A DNA stretch of 64,000 bases from a virus (taxonomy: Duplodnaviria > Caudoviricetes), in the IMG/VR virus record IMGVR_UViG_3300037400_002094, positions 1 through 64,000 of that record; one strand, written 5' to 3'. Under the pieces are notes generated by a model. The model saw only the letters and a list, made by a program, of their open reading frames with translations. It had not been told where the DNA came from and made no database searches. Both the position numbers and the translations under genes were made by a program. Shown here piece after piece: positions 29,501-39,952 of the stretch (position 1 is the stretch's first letter; the number at the start of each line of letters is the position of its first letter).

Positions 29501-30289
29501 AGGAATACAATCACGATGGCTGAGATTGGCAAGATACTTGGAAAAGACTTCTTTGATACGAATGCTGTTAACTATGACAATTCTTATATGCAGAATAAAG
29601 AGATGGAGAATGTCGTTGTTGGAAAGAGTACGGTTAAGAGGTATGATAACGAGGGTGAGTTCTTCGAGCTTCTTGAGAGAAATGCCCCATTCATGCACCA
29701 TCTTATAACCGATAAGATTAAGTACTTTGACCCAGCATATCACGCAATATCTCCAGAAGGATTCAATGCAAGGTTGACGTTCTTACAGCAGTGTACAAGG
29801 CAAGGACCTACCATCGGTAACAGTGATTATATGTCCAAGACGGCTTACAACTTGGCGTTTGGTAGACCTCCAGTATGCGTACTGAGACTTGGTGATTTCT
29901 ATTACACGAAGATTATTATAAACAGCATCAACATACAGTATGACAACGCACAGTGGGATTTGAACCCAGAGGGTATAGGCGTGATGCCGATGTTCGCAAA
30001 GGTAAGCATGTCGTTCACGTTCCTTGGAGGAAGCGACCTGGCAGGGCCTATCTCAAGGCTTCAGAACGCTGTTTCATTCAACTACTATGCTAATGCCAGT
30101 GTATATGACAACCGTGCTGAGAGAGTCATGTATAGTGACAATGGAGACGGTAAGGAGATACTTTATAAGCCGTTCACTTATCCAAATCCTTATGGAGAGA
30201 GGTCTAGAAACCTTATAATAGGTGATGGTGATAATTCAATAAAGAAGGATAACATTGACAGAAGCGGTGTTGGATATGAAGACGCTTAA
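26549..30289 (+). CDS. Baseplate/tube-initiator-like protein with an OmpA-like insertion
   Basis: WFPPYDLSFNE, FIGRGE.IYTY.NTER, PPVCVLRLGDFYYTKI; internal FRGHASSAG...NKDLAKHRAE. Confidence 0.7.
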   Translation: MASNTSKYFKSIGTSIRNGVADVLSSSDFISRTIGMTDSYEGLMYIVQSLGREPISLLGKDYPYIYDHVRRNYLNGTQVSSYMFGSGEYGCTKFTFYKEKPTIKFADPYFDPQNFLERWMPDFKLSDTKRSVTGIYYAESNDDEVNNKSIDVSDANTGVANGQQAKSFDGLVSCDLVKKTNDNFNAGRYRTLIARFHTNSEDSKSIENPTQTAISKTYGMSHGRNLLKYDHEGRVTNGYSNPYCRVWTYHHEYNQMNRAIRPFGVAHTAEELEKYELGDDYGLGGFRTIESKDYGFKSGSERLDNHGVLNYENGFVNIAPTAKIKDYFEHKEDDKDRKSVSTKRCMFSIENLAWRDDKNKMDEFDAYGLSAEQKGPLGGRIMWFPPYDLSFNEDVRVKWNSNEFIGRGENIYTYTNTERTGNLSFTLLIDHPSILDYWTGHERNGMTNGNDKLIPGNGTDGGVDNVKSQEQTLLRFFAGCDILTAKPQEYWMRGKTPQAVGKTPEQKPPKEVNPNPVKTDETPKEGVKTICCVLYYPNNYSGRDDQPFGNNKYVNAIHYLMNGIGAQKTVNDAGNDVEDIPTILNARPKVNGTEYGGYEVIKGISVIDKPISGKTAQQASYEKDRNAKPVEKVQYITSDNAGTRYTVSNYGEQEYVLAKMVWNSGIKAKAKAEYKTYAQAGQKLWHRMRWYYRVDKKYVDDCLTTPESYIDYPCHQLNGAGYEKGRSTNGSFRISEESDKFHLISFTSLFNALEGETVIKGGTCGVIDSDVKRIQKIMDKDSGIKIKSIHFRGHASSAGNVKDNKDLAKHRAETFKAWMMGKGFPEPESEEAKVIESIIQDPNDHIDNGVANDVLAKIWRSASVMIEYEEFSTESAQKKDTVVETEKGADGKQKPVESEDTIKYIGLDGKVVDTGIKYTLNKVDTVTNLNQSKEVSPGAINSARDWLENTPEGRELLRTGYTATEYIRMPSGAIQEVKVPKMIDRNTITMAEIGKILGKDFFDTNAVNYDNSYMQNKEMENVVVGKSTVKRYDNEGEFFELLERNAPFMHHLITDKIKYFDPAYHAISPEGFNARLTFLQQCTRQGPTIGNSDYMSKTAYNLAFGRPPVCVLRLGDFYYTKIIINSINIQYDNAQWDLNPEGIGVMPMFAKVSMSFTFLGGSDLAGPISRLQNAVSFNYYANASVYDNRAERVMYSDNGDGKEILYKPFTYPNPYGERSRNLIIGDGDNSIKKDNIDRSGVGYEDA

Positions 30290-30299
30290 ACTTTAGATT

Positions 30300-30617
30300 A
30301 TGAAATACAGTAGATATAACACATTTATTGTGGACGGTGCTTACAGGGCAATACCGTTCATAAGTATACCTCAGAGGTCTACAGATTGTTTTGTGTTCTA
30401 TGAGGCTGGTAAGACAAGGCTAGACCTTCTGTCTTACCAGTATTACAATGACCCTAACTATGGATGGCTCATATTGCAGGCTAACCCAGAGGCAGGGTCT
30501 TTGGAGTTTATGATAGAAGACAATACGAAGCTTAGAATACCGTACCCACTTGAGACAGCTTTACAGGGTTACGAAGATGAAATAGATAGATACGATAAAT
30601 TATACGGTTTAAACTAA
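30300..30617 (+). CDS. LysM-like baseplate wedge protein (gp53/tail X-like)
   Basis: RLDLLSYQYYNDPNYGWLILQANP...LRIP. Confidence 0.8.
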   Translation: MKYSRYNTFIVDGAYRAIPFISIPQRSTDCFVFYEAGKTRLDLLSYQYYNDPNYGWLILQANPEAGSLEFMIEDNTKLRIPYPLETALQGYEDEIDRYDKLYGLN

Positions 30618-30627
30618 TTGAAAATAT

Positions 30628-33600
30628 ATGGCAAGGCATCATGCAACTGTCACTTATGTAGAACCAAATGACGTTTTCAGTGGTCTCACAGCCGCTGCTG
30701 GGGATGGTAATGTCTATGACAGAGCGCCAAACCTGGAGGACTATTGTATAGCACTCGATATCGAGGTTGAATTGGCTAGTAGGGATGACCCTATGCACAA
30801 TAAGGACAAAGAAAACAATGTCATTATTCTATCATACAGGGACACAAAAATTGATAGTAGAGTGAATTTCATGAGTGGTAGTAAGATACCAGCAAATATC
30901 TCTCCAAACGTGTTGACTTCTAAGTATGCCGACATGTTTGTGACAGACCTTGTTGATTATGGAACTACTGAAATGCTTGGCATCAAGTCAGTTGATGTTG
31001 AGTATAACAATGCGTGTGTGCCTATAATAACCATTAAGTTCACCGACGTTAGAGGTATGTCCCTCTTCCAGCCTTCAGAGCTTAATCATACAACTTCATA
31101 CAATAGAATAAGGGGCTTCACAAAAGATAACATAGCCCAGTCATTTTTCCATTCGTTCTTTGCAGTGCCGCTTCCTAAGTATACGATATACTTGAAAGGA
31201 TTCTATGGACAGCCTGTTTCATATGAGGTCATGTGTGATAAATTTGATGCAGTGTTCAATTCTTCAACTGGAGATTTCGATGTTACTGCTAAGTTTATAG
31301 GTTATGCTTATTCCTTCATGTCAGATATATCTTTCACGGCACTTCTTTCTGCCCCATACTCTGATTATATCGGACAGAAATACTGGGATGATAATGTAGC
31401 AAATGGAAAATTCACCTTACCAGATAAGACTGGCGAGGATAAACTACCTATGCCTAAACTTTTTGAGATTAGAAAGTTCATTAAGACGCTTATTAATGAG
31501 TCAGATACAGACATGCAGGAGACAACCGTTTCTGAGGAGGAGTCAACGCATGCACTTGAGATAAGTGAGCTTAGTAAGCTGAGAAGGAATTTTAGAAAGT
31601 GGTATACTGACTTGTACACGATAGCAAGTAAAAAGTATGGCAGTGATTTCGTATTTGCATTTGGTGGAGATAATGAGGACACTGACTATAGGAGAATTGT
31701 AATACTAACAAACGGTAAGAATATTGAAGGTAATAATTTGTCAGATGAATTCTTACAGTATGATGATTTTAAGAAGACAAACAGTGACCTTTATAATCTT
31801 ATTGACAACTATAACAAGTCTAACAACTCATACAGGAAGATAAATAACATAAGCATTGACTTTAGTAGATACACTAAGGTCAACACTTTCAATGAGTTCT
31901 GGTACAATAGTAAGAAGAAGGAAATAGAGTTTGGAGGCTTTCATCGTAATAACGTTCTTCCAACTGAAGAAACTACTAGGGTTATGTTTAATGACCAAGA
32001 TAGGGGAAGGCGCTTTAGGAAGATGTATGACGATGGAGTTAATCAGTACTTGGATGCATTCATTATAGAGCAGGATTATAGCGATATCAAGAATAGAATA
32101 GATATGCTCATAGAGGATGCCAATAGGCCTACCGACGAAAAGGAGCTTTCAGCTAAGAGAAAGAAGCTTAACCATGATATGTTTAAGAAGATGAAATGGT
32201 ATCCTTCTGCTGAGAACTTCACCAAGATTGTAATGGCACATCTTGAGACATTCATGGCTATGATGTATGATGTCATCGGACAGACAAGCGGTAGAACGGC
32301 TCAAGATTTAGGTGTTTCTGTCGGACCTGATGGAAACTGTACCGACGTTGACTCTTCTTCAGAGACAATCCCTCCATTCCCACGTATTACCAAGTTGGTA
32401 ACTGGTAGTGACGGTATCGTTAAGAGAGAGGACGTTTGGGCTGGGGATTTCACTTCTGGAATCGGATTCAAGGAGGTTGAAATGGTAAACGGTCTCCTCA
32501 ATGGTGTTGCCGCCATGAAGCATGAGGAAGACCAGATAAAAAATTTGCTGGATGAACGAGATAGGGAACTAGAAGATGAGGAAGAAGAGGGAGAAGAGGG
32601 AGAAGAGTGCGCAGTTAATCGTCCTACAACCGCTACAGACTTTTTCACTACTAAAAACCCGTATGGTGATGGCACTGACATTTCGACAGACTACAAGGCA
32701 TTTGCTGGAAAGATAGCATTAAGGATGTATAATGTCCTGGCTTTGAACTCTTTTGGTGGGTCTTATGAAAAATGGGACACGCTTATACCTTCACTTGCTA
32801 AGACTGAAGCAGAGAACTTCCATGATATGTTCAAGATTTCCAGCATAGAACTTCTTAACGGTATCTATGAGCATGGAAATGTAAGTACTGGAGAACAAAT
32901 TTTAAAGATAATAACTGATAAGGCAGAGGGTAACAAGTACCCTTGGAATCCAGAGGGTAAGGCAAACCATGAACTTTTCTATAATGACGGTACATTGTCT
33001 CTTAAAAAGTGGGAGACAAAGATGTCGTACATGAAAGATACAAAGAATGGAAAGACTGTTGACTCATTTACGACGCTTTATCCAGTACAGGGTATTTCGT
33101 TCCAAAAGCTTGATAGGACAGCAGAGATATTTAATGGTGGACAAATAGACGTTGAAAATAATGACATTACAATAAACGCCCTGCCTAATTATGATGACGC
33201 TATAAAGAAAGTTATGAATAGTGATATAGACTCTGTGTTCAACATGGCTTATATCGGTAAGTATAATGGAAACATAACGTCAACACTTGAGAATGCTTCA
33301 GCCAATAGTGATGAAGCATATAAAGACATATACGAAAACTACATAAAGCAGGTTGAGTTGAATAAAGATGAGTATAAATCATTCTTCTCATCAAAATCTG
33401 GTTTTGTATCTTCATTCAATCGTAAGATAGAGAACAACCATAAGATAAATAGTGTTGTAACAATAACAACAGCAGATTTAAGTGGTAATATATACGTAGG
33501 ACCTAATCCAGATAATGAAGATAACAGGTATTCATCTGATAAAGAGAAGCTTAGCGAATATTTCGATACAGACATATTCTATGACACTGTAAACACTGGA

Positions 33601-36600
33601 ACATTGACTGAGGTATTTGGCTTCAAGACTGTGAAGGATGATAAGGGTGAAAAGAGGTATGTCATCGATAAGGACAGCTCATTGATGCTTAACTGGGATT
33701 ATTATACCCTTAAGAGCTGGAGGGGTGCTGGAAACTATGTGTTCACGCCACATACGGTACAGATGGCATTTTTTGTAATGGGTCTTGATTGTTTCGATAA
33801 ATTCACCATCGACTACAAGAGGGCTATACTTACGTTGCCAAAGCTTTTGGCGTTACAGATTGGTGCTGTCATAGCCGCACATCTTTCAGCGAATGGATTT
33901 GGTTCAGCCAATGGAAGTGCAATGCAGTTTACACAGAAGGCATTTAACAATATTAGGAAGTTAATACATGTCTCTGAGGCTTTTGAGAACAGTATGTCAA
34001 GATTCTTGAACTCATTACACCCACTTGTAAGACTGGAGTTCGTTAGGTATTTTGTAAACTGGAGTAATCAGAATTATTCTCTGATAAGCAAGAACCTTCA
34101 TATAACTTACAACAGAGATACGAAGAAGTATATGTTCCACAACGTAGGTGCTTATGTTGTTATATACAGGAATGAGGATGACTATGGAAATATCAATGTC
34201 CATAGGGCACTTATGAACCAAGATGCCCAGTGTGTAAAGGATATTACAAATAGCCTTATGATTCCAGTATCATTCATTAAGGGCACTATGTTATCAGAGG
34301 TGAAACCAGATAACGGAAGACCATTTTCAAAGGGTAGTTTTGTTGAGCTGGATAAGAGGAAGGCTGAGACTTATTTGGATGCGTTCTTAACTAGACTCAG
34401 AGAGCTGTTGCCTAAGAATGAGGAGACAGACACAAACAATATGACTGCTATTGCTGGAAATCCTAAACAAACCAATGAAGACATAAAGATTGAGTTGTAC
34501 AGATACTTGAAACAGGTGTTTGATAAGTGGATACCTTCATCAAAGCAAGCAGACTGGAGTTATAACTCTTTCTTCAACAGGAAGACAGAACACCAGTTCC
34601 ATTTCATCGACTCATATTATAACAAGATTGGTGACAAGCTATTGATTAACCCATTCAAGTTGTCTGAGAAGATAAAGCTTGGAATAACGTACAGTGATGT
34701 TAACGTTACGATGTTCAACTTCATGGTAGAGGTGTTCAAGGAGCACAGGTGTATGATAAGGTGCATACAGAACTTCATAGACCTGTCAGACAGGAAAGCT
34801 ATGGAGGATATGTTCCATACGATACCATACATGGGTATGAACACACCTAAAAAGTTCTCCGATTTTGTTGTTGTGTACACATATGCCCCATCTAAGAACT
34901 TGAATGTGGCAAACAGTGAGTTTAAAGATGACGGATTCATGCTCAATGACGAGTTGGAAACGCCACTGGCTATTAGGTCAAGGGGAAATAGTGATGACAG
35001 CTCTCTAAAGGAGTCTAGTACCTACTACAAGCTTCCAGCATTCGGTGTGTCTTATGGGAGACAGTATCAGAGCTTCTTCAAAAATATAGATGTCGGTATG
35101 ACCAACCCTATTATGACACAGCAGGCAATCATCGCAAAGCATGCCATACTTCAGGCAAGTAGAGCAGCAGTCGGTAAAGTAAGTGTCGCCCAAGATTTGT
35201 ATGATGTCTATACCAACCAGTCATTCACCTGTAAGGTTGAAATGATGGGTTGTGCATGGGTTCAGCCAATGATGTACTTCGTACTTCTTAACATGCCTAT
35301 GTTCAGAGGCTCTTATATGATTATGAAGGTTACGCATAGGATAAGACCTGGAGATATGACCACTGAGATAGTTGGTTCTAGGATGTGTAATGTGTCAACA
35401 AAACTTGTGGAAGACATGTTTACAGACGAAAATGCTAGTACTGGAGAAAATATTAATAAGTCAAACGATAAACAATACACCAGTGCAGCACCTAGCAATG
35501 ACTGCCCATACAAGACATTCCCAATATCTGAGGACGTTTCATCTGGTACTGAGCTAAAGACTATGACAAAAGCTGAGTTAGAAAGTGGTACTACAATAAT
35601 AATGAAGGGGCTTCTTGAGCTTATACAATCTAAAGAAGGCAATGAATGGTATCAAAGTAATAGTGGTAACGCAATAGCCTTTGCTGCTGGTATTGCTGGA
35701 AACATGTACCATGAGACTCATAGTAAGCCTACATTCTATCCAGGAACGGTCAACCATAATGACAGAGGATATTTGTCTGGAGGACTTTGCCAATGGAGAG
35801 GCCTGGAAGGAGAAAACCTTGTATACCTGTTAAGGAATGAGCCACAGAACTACGGTAAACCTCTCAGTGAGAGGCATAAAGGCGATAGTAGTATAAAGCC
35901 TTATAAGGCAGGAGAAGGTAAGGATGATTATGTAGAGAAGGAACTTAACAGGATTGGTGTTGACGGACAGCTTAGGTTCTTGATTAACACCCTTACGTAT
36001 CCAGCTAAGAAGACCAACTATATTACAGGTAATTACACAGTTGAGAAGTTCTGTAGTGCCTGTGGAAATAACCCAGAAAAGGCGGCTAAGGAGTTCCGTA
36101 GAATATACGAGATAAGTAGTCAGTGTGATGCGGCTAGATGGCAGGCAGCTAACTCTTTCTATAATGAGTACATGCGAATTAAAACAGGTGGCACTGCGAA
36201 AAAAGTAGGAGAGGATGAGCAGCATAACACGAAGAAGTATAACGAGTTGTTCTTCAACGCAGTACAGAAGTCAGCATATTCATCACGTGCAACGTCGGTT
36301 AAGCTCAAGGCAACTTATAAGGGTGATGATACACTTATGATTCAGCAGGCTTATAAGGGTGAGAACAAGCTTGGATGTGTTTTCGATATAATACTTAATG
36401 GATATTATGAACACGTTCAACATCTAAACTGGGTGTATGACAATACGTATAGCACGCCTCCTATTGCCATCACCGCTGTTGTCGGAGAGAAAATAAACGT
36501 AGCTAATAGGAATATATGTGTGGAAAAGAATAAAGACACAGCGTCTGCAACAAGACCATTCTCTGAAAATGACAAGAAGAAGGGACAGATTAACGAGCAG

Positions 36601-37281
36601 CTTCTAACCAGTGTGGCTAAGAGGTATAAACCAGACCCAGTTACAAGTAAGGAACTGGTTAAGGAATTCCCTCAGTTCAAGAATATACAGGATATATTCA
36701 AGGATTATACGCCTAAGAGCTGTGATGAAGTGTACAATAACAGCACCAATTATAACGTTAATAAGAACGGAGGTGCTAAGATAAATGAAGGTGGAAAGAT
36801 TGAAAACTGGGACGCTAGAAAGGCAGCATCATGGCTTGTATGTGCTTCCAAGCCGTCTTCATTACATATATGCGCATTCGCAGTTCAACAGGCGGTTATC
36901 GCTGGTGGTATCAACGTCCTAACTGGAGTTGGTAGTGGTTACAGACAGGTTACAGCAATGACTAAGGATGGAACATGGGAATATGTTGCATCTGGTAAGA
37001 CCAGTACCTCAGAAGTTGCTGGACTGAAGCCACAGGTTGGCGATATCATGGGAATGACCAGAGGAAATGATTTCGACTATTACGGACACATATGTATGTA
37101 TTGTGGTGAGCATGGCTGGGTAAGTGACTATATACAGAAGGACGGACCTTATGTATATGCTAGGAAAGGACGTAAGCCAGGAACGTACTGGGTTATTAGA
37201 TATAAGGGAGGTGGAAAATCTACAACCAAACTCCCGCAAACGTGCTATAATGGTAAATGCTTAAATAGTGGGTGTGCCTAG
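30628..37281 (+). CDS. Baseplate hub protein with tail-lysozyme and CHAP/NlpC-like domains
   Basis: Hub motif CKVEMMG...QPMMYF...GSYMIMKVTH; lysozyme-like AGIAGNMYHET..GLCQW; C-terminal CAFAV..GHICMY..WVSD. Confidence 0.75.
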   Translation: MARHHATVTYVEPNDVFSGLTAAAGDGNVYDRAPNLEDYCIALDIEVELASRDDPMHNKDKENNVIILSYRDTKIDSRVNFMSGSKIPANISPNVLTSKYADMFVTDLVDYGTTEMLGIKSVDVEYNNACVPIITIKFTDVRGMSLFQPSELNHTTSYNRIRGFTKDNIAQSFFHSFFAVPLPKYTIYLKGFYGQPVSYEVMCDKFDAVFNSSTGDFDVTAKFIGYAYSFMSDISFTALLSAPYSDYIGQKYWDDNVANGKFTLPDKTGEDKLPMPKLFEIRKFIKTLINESDTDMQETTVSEEESTHALEISELSKLRRNFRKWYTDLYTIASKKYGSDFVFAFGGDNEDTDYRRIVILTNGKNIEGNNLSDEFLQYDDFKKTNSDLYNLIDNYNKSNNSYRKINNISIDFSRYTKVNTFNEFWYNSKKKEIEFGGFHRNNVLPTEETTRVMFNDQDRGRRFRKMYDDGVNQYLDAFIIEQDYSDIKNRIDMLIEDANRPTDEKELSAKRKKLNHDMFKKMKWYPSAENFTKIVMAHLETFMAMMYDVIGQTSGRTAQDLGVSVGPDGNCTDVDSSSETIPPFPRITKLVTGSDGIVKREDVWAGDFTSGIGFKEVEMVNGLLNGVAAMKHEEDQIKNLLDERDRELEDEEEEGEEGEECAVNRPTTATDFFTTKNPYGDGTDISTDYKAFAGKIALRMYNVLALNSFGGSYEKWDTLIPSLAKTEAENFHDMFKISSIELLNGIYEHGNVSTGEQILKIITDKAEGNKYPWNPEGKANHELFYNDGTLSLKKWETKMSYMKDTKNGKTVDSFTTLYPVQGISFQKLDRTAEIFNGGQIDVENNDITINALPNYDDAIKKVMNSDIDSVFNMAYIGKYNGNITSTLENASANSDEAYKDIYENYIKQVELNKDEYKSFFSSKSGFVSSFNRKIENNHKINSVVTITTADLSGNIYVGPNPDNEDNRYSSDKEKLSEYFDTDIFYDTVNTGTLTEVFGFKTVKDDKGEKRYVIDKDSSLMLNWDYYTLKSWRGAGNYVFTPHTVQMAFFVMGLDCFDKFTIDYKRAILTLPKLLALQIGAVIAAHLSANGFGSANGSAMQFTQKAFNNIRKLIHVSEAFENSMSRFLNSLHPLVRLEFVRYFVNWSNQNYSLISKNLHITYNRDTKKYMFHNVGAYVVIYRNEDDYGNINVHRALMNQDAQCVKDITNSLMIPVSFIKGTMLSEVKPDNGRPFSKGSFVELDKRKAETYLDAFLTRLRELLPKNEETDTNNMTAIAGNPKQTNEDIKIELYRYLKQVFDKWIPSSKQADWSYNSFFNRKTEHQFHFIDSYYNKIGDKLLINPFKLSEKIKLGITYSDVNVTMFNFMVEVFKEHRCMIRCIQNFIDLSDRKAMEDMFHTIPYMGMNTPKKFSDFVVVYTYAPSKNLNVANSEFKDDGFMLNDELETPLAIRSRGNSDDSSLKESSTYYKLPAFGVSYGRQYQSFFKNIDVGMTNPIMTQQAIIAKHAILQASRAAVGKVSVAQDLYDVYTNQSFTCKVEMMGCAWVQPMMYFVLLNMPMFRGSYMIMKVTHRIRPGDMTTEIVGSRMCNVSTKLVEDMFTDENASTGENINKSNDKQYTSAAPSNDCPYKTFPISEDVSSGTELKTMTKAELESGTTIIMKGLLELIQSKEGNEWYQSNSGNAIAFAAGIAGNMYHETHSKPTFYPGTVNHNDRGYLSGGLCQWRGLEGENLVYLLRNEPQNYGKPLSERHKGDSSIKPYKAGEGKDDYVEKELNRIGVDGQLRFLINTLTYPAKKTNYITGNYTVEKFCSACGNNPEKAAKEFRRIYEISSQCDAARWQAANSFYNEYMRIKTGGTAKKVGEDEQHNTKKYNELFFNAVQKSAYSSRATSVKLKATYKGDDTLMIQQAYKGENKLGCVFDIILNGYYEHVQHLNWVYDNTYSTPPIAITAVVGEKINVANRNICVEKNKDTASATRPFSENDKKKGQINEQLLTSVAKRYKPDPVTSKELVKEFPQFKNIQDIFKDYTPKSCDEVYNNSTNYNVNKNGGAKINEGGKIENWDARKAASWLVCASKPSSLHICAFAVQQAVIAGGINVLTGVGSGYRQVTAMTKDGTWEYVASGKTSTSEVAGLKPQVGDIMGMTRGNDFDYYGHICMYCGEHGWVSDYIQKDGPYVYARKGRKPGTYWVIRYKGGGKSTTKLPQTCYNGKCLNSGCA

Positions 37282-37343
37282 ATAAGTTGAGCTAAATTTG
37301 TTTTTTTAACTTTTTTTATATATCTTTGCATAAAATTAGTGTT

Positions 37344-37934
37344 ATGAAGACGATAGGATATATAGTTACGGACAGAAAGTTAAATGATATTGAGGGTTTT
37401 GTGGAGCAGGTCAACGACTATTCGGAGGCTGACCCCACAAAACCTATTCTTATCATTGGATGGCAGAACGCAAAGACATTCGAGGGCTATAACAACATCC
37501 TGGATAGGAAGCTTGGTGACAAGTTGTTCTGGACTTTCAAGAAGAGTGAAAGCCGATATGAGTTTGAGCAGGACTTGAAGAAGTTCTATGCCTTCGTGCG
37601 TAATAATATACTAAATAATCTAGAATATTATTATATAGATATATTGAAATTGAAGTATAGTAAATTAAAAAAACTATATAATATATTCAATTCTGACGAT
37701 AGAAAAAATATTTATATAAATAATGGCCTTATGTACACTATGTACAACAATAAGGTTCTTGGAGTATCCTTAGAGGTACTTGAGTACTGTGGAATAAAAC
37801 GAGACAAGGTGTTATCCTTGTTGGACTCTAACCCAAATAACATGCTGTTCTACAATACCAGCAGGGGATTGAATAAACTCTCCAGGTTCTTGGGAAATAA
37901 GAAGTACGCCATACCGTATTTCATATCAAGTTAA
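37344..37934 (+). CDS. Hypothetical protein
   Basis: ATG 37344 downstream of TATCTTTG (37321-37328). Confidence 0.8.
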   Translation: MKTIGYIVTDRKLNDIEGFVEQVNDYSEADPTKPILIIGWQNAKTFEGYNNILDRKLGDKLFWTFKKSESRYEFEQDLKKFYAFVRNNILNNLEYYYIDILKLKYSKLKKLYNIFNSDDRKNIYINNGLMYTMYNNKVLGVSLEVLEYCGIKRDKVLSLLDSNPNNMLFYNTSRGLNKLSRFLGNKKYAIPYFISS

Positions 37935-37943
37935 TAAAATAAA

Positions 37944-38348
37944 ATGAGCACAAACGGAATTATAATTGGAACATTTGTAAAGAAAAACAGAATCTTATCC
38001 TTTCTTGAAATGCTTAGGAGTGAGTACAAGATAAAGCTTGGCAAGGTTTTCATCTATTCCATAGATACTAACCAGGTTGAATATCTTGTTACCTTCAAGA
38101 CTTTTGATAAGGACAAATTTATCAAGAAGATTAACAATGCTACGGTCATGCATGTTAAGAACGGCTGTCTATTCTCTATAAATGCCCTTAACAAGCTCAT
38201 AGAAAAGGAAAAGGAAGACGACAAGCCAAACAACGAGTATCTGATTGATTGGGATTCCTACAAGGATAAGCTAATCATCCTAACAAACGGTGAGCTTTCA
38301 GTCTCAAATCTCACAAAGATAGACGATAAATCGGTATTTTTTGAGTAA
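37944..38348 (+). CDS. Hypothetical protein
   Basis: 134-aa ORF in operon. Confidence 0.8.
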   Translation: MSTNGIIIGTFVKKNRILSFLEMLRSEYKIKLGKVFIYSIDTNQVEYLVTFKTFDKDKFIKKINNATVMHVKNGCLFSINALNKLIEKEKEDDKPNNEYLIDWDSYKDKLIILTNGELSVSNLTKIDDKSVFFE

Positions 38349-38377
38349 TCAGATATTTATAGTAAATTATTATTACT

Positions 38378-38635
38378 ATGGGACGTTTTATAATAAAACA
38401 TATCAACAATTTCACGCCACAGAAACCTGCTAGCGTGAGTGAGGAAAATAACATAAACGAAAACAAGACCGTTATGACAACAGAAGAGAAGATTGCAATG
38501 GCACAGGAAGTGCTTGGCGGCAAGACTCCAGCCTCTTCATTCAAGAGAGTGAAGAAGGATAAGGGTTTGATAGAGAGAACCGAGAGTTCTAAGACAATCT
38601 TGACAGAGGATAATAAAGAGCTTTTGAACGATTAA
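38378..38635 (+). CDS. Hypothetical late protein
   Basis: 85-aa ORF, TATTTAT at 38354. Confidence 0.8.
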   Translation: MGRFIIKHINNFTPQKPASVSEENNINENKTVMTTEEKIAMAQEVLGGKTPASSFKRVKKDKGLIERTESSKTILTEDNKELLND

Positions 38636-38642
38636 TATAAAG

Positions 38643-39542
38643 ATGGCTAACACAAATATTAAGTATCTTAAGGAAAATAACCTATATGAGGCACACAAGC
38701 ACTTCATGCAGCTTGCTGAGGCTTCATACGGTAGACCATTCCCAGAAATGATTCATCATGATGTTGTAATGGACGAGGAAGGAGAAGAAGACCCTAATGC
38801 AGCAGCTGGTGTAGACCCTAACGCAATGGGTGGTGCTCCTGCTGGCGACCCTAACGCTATGGGAGGTGGTATGCCAGGTTCTGACCCTAATGCAATGGGT
38901 GCAGACCCTAATGCAGCAGCTGGTGGAGACCCTAACGCAATGGGTGGACAGGATATGGGAGCTGACCCAAATGCTATGGGACAGCCAATGCCAGACGCAT
39001 CAGCACCGATTGGACCTGATACTGGCGAAGACCCATTTGCAGACCAGCGTGGAAGTGAAGAGTCTGCTGGTGATGATGGTGAAATGGATGGTGATACAAT
39101 AGATATAGAGGGGCTTACAACCGCACAGGAGAAGCTTGACGTTAAGCAGAACCAGGTTGGTAGAGACCTTGCTAAGGTAGATGATAGAATTATAAAGCTC
39201 ATAGACACAATCAAGGGATTCCAGGACAGACTAGACCAGAATAACAGTGAGCTTGAGAACTTAAAGGCTGAGTTTGAAAAGAGAAATCCAACACAGACCG
39301 AGAAGCTTGATATGCGTGGTGTGTTTGACTCATTCCCGTTTAATGTAACACCAGATGGTTTCTGGAGTCAGAAGATGAAGGAGAGAAACAACTACGAGCT
39401 TTATGCTGACAATGACAAACCAGTTGAAGACCAGTATACAATTACTGACGAGGATTTGGAAGATACGCCAACCGACATATCAGACTCATTCAGCATCGCT
39501 GATGATGATATTCAGACCCTAGATAAAATGTTTAAACTGTAA
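38643..39542 (+). CDS. Acidic protein with DPNAM repeats and coiled coil (scaffold-like)
   Basis: Seven DPNA(M/A) repeats, then a heptad region. Confidence 0.75.
   Translation: MANTNIKYLKENNLYEAHKHFMQLAEASYGRPFPEMIHHDVVMDEEGEEDPNAAAGVDPNAMGGAPAGDPNAMGGGMPGSDPNAMGADPNAAAGGDPNAMGGQDMGADPNAMGQPMPDASAPIGPDTGEDPFADQRGSEESAGDDGEMDGDTIDIEGLTTAQEKLDVKQNQVGRDLAKVDDRIIKLIDTIKGFQDRLDQNNSELENLKAEFEKRNPTQTEKLDMRGVFDSFPFNVTPDGFWSQKMKERNNYELYADNDKPVEDQYTITDEDLEDTPTDISDSFSIADDDIQTLDKMFKL
38790..38985 (+). repeat. Coding tandem repeat GACCCTAA(T/C)GC x7
   Basis: Visible in the sequence, irregular spacing. Confidence 0.85.
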
Positions 39543-39805
39543 TGAAGAAGATTATTGTTAGAGAAGAGGACTTCAAAGTTCTACAAGAATCTATTGATAA
39601 GCCTATCGTGGATGAACCTATTGAGGATATTCCACCATCGGAACTTGGTATGGAAGTTATCAATAACTTAATCCATGCCATAGACAGATTCTATACCGTT
39701 AGAGGCTTGAGAGGTGGAATACCAGGGGCAAACGCTAGACTGTATAAAAAATATAATCTAGACGGTTTGAAGAAGGATTTATTGAGAATAAGGAATTCTC
39801 AATAA
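39542..39805 (+). CDS. Small protein with leader-like N-terminus
   Basis: MKKIIVREEDFKVLQES; TAATG overlap with upstream gene. Confidence 0.7.
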   Translation: MKKIIVREEDFKVLQESIDKPIVDEPIEDIPPSELGMEVINNLIHAIDRFYTVRGLRGGIPGANARLYKKYNLDGLKKDLLRIRNSQ

Positions 39806-39952
39806 TCTATATTATTTCCCCAACAGTTAAAAATGTTAAAAAATTGTTGGGGAAAAATTTGTTTTTTTAACTTTTTTTATATATCTTTGCATTAGAAAAC
39901 TTTAAGCATGTTTTGACATGTATGTAATAATTTTTTTAACAACATTTTTTTT

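Noticed and set aside
23900-36225. Many 60-170 aa antisense or nested ORFs inside structural genes
   Set aside because: Shadows of long coding frames, with no promoters or motifs.
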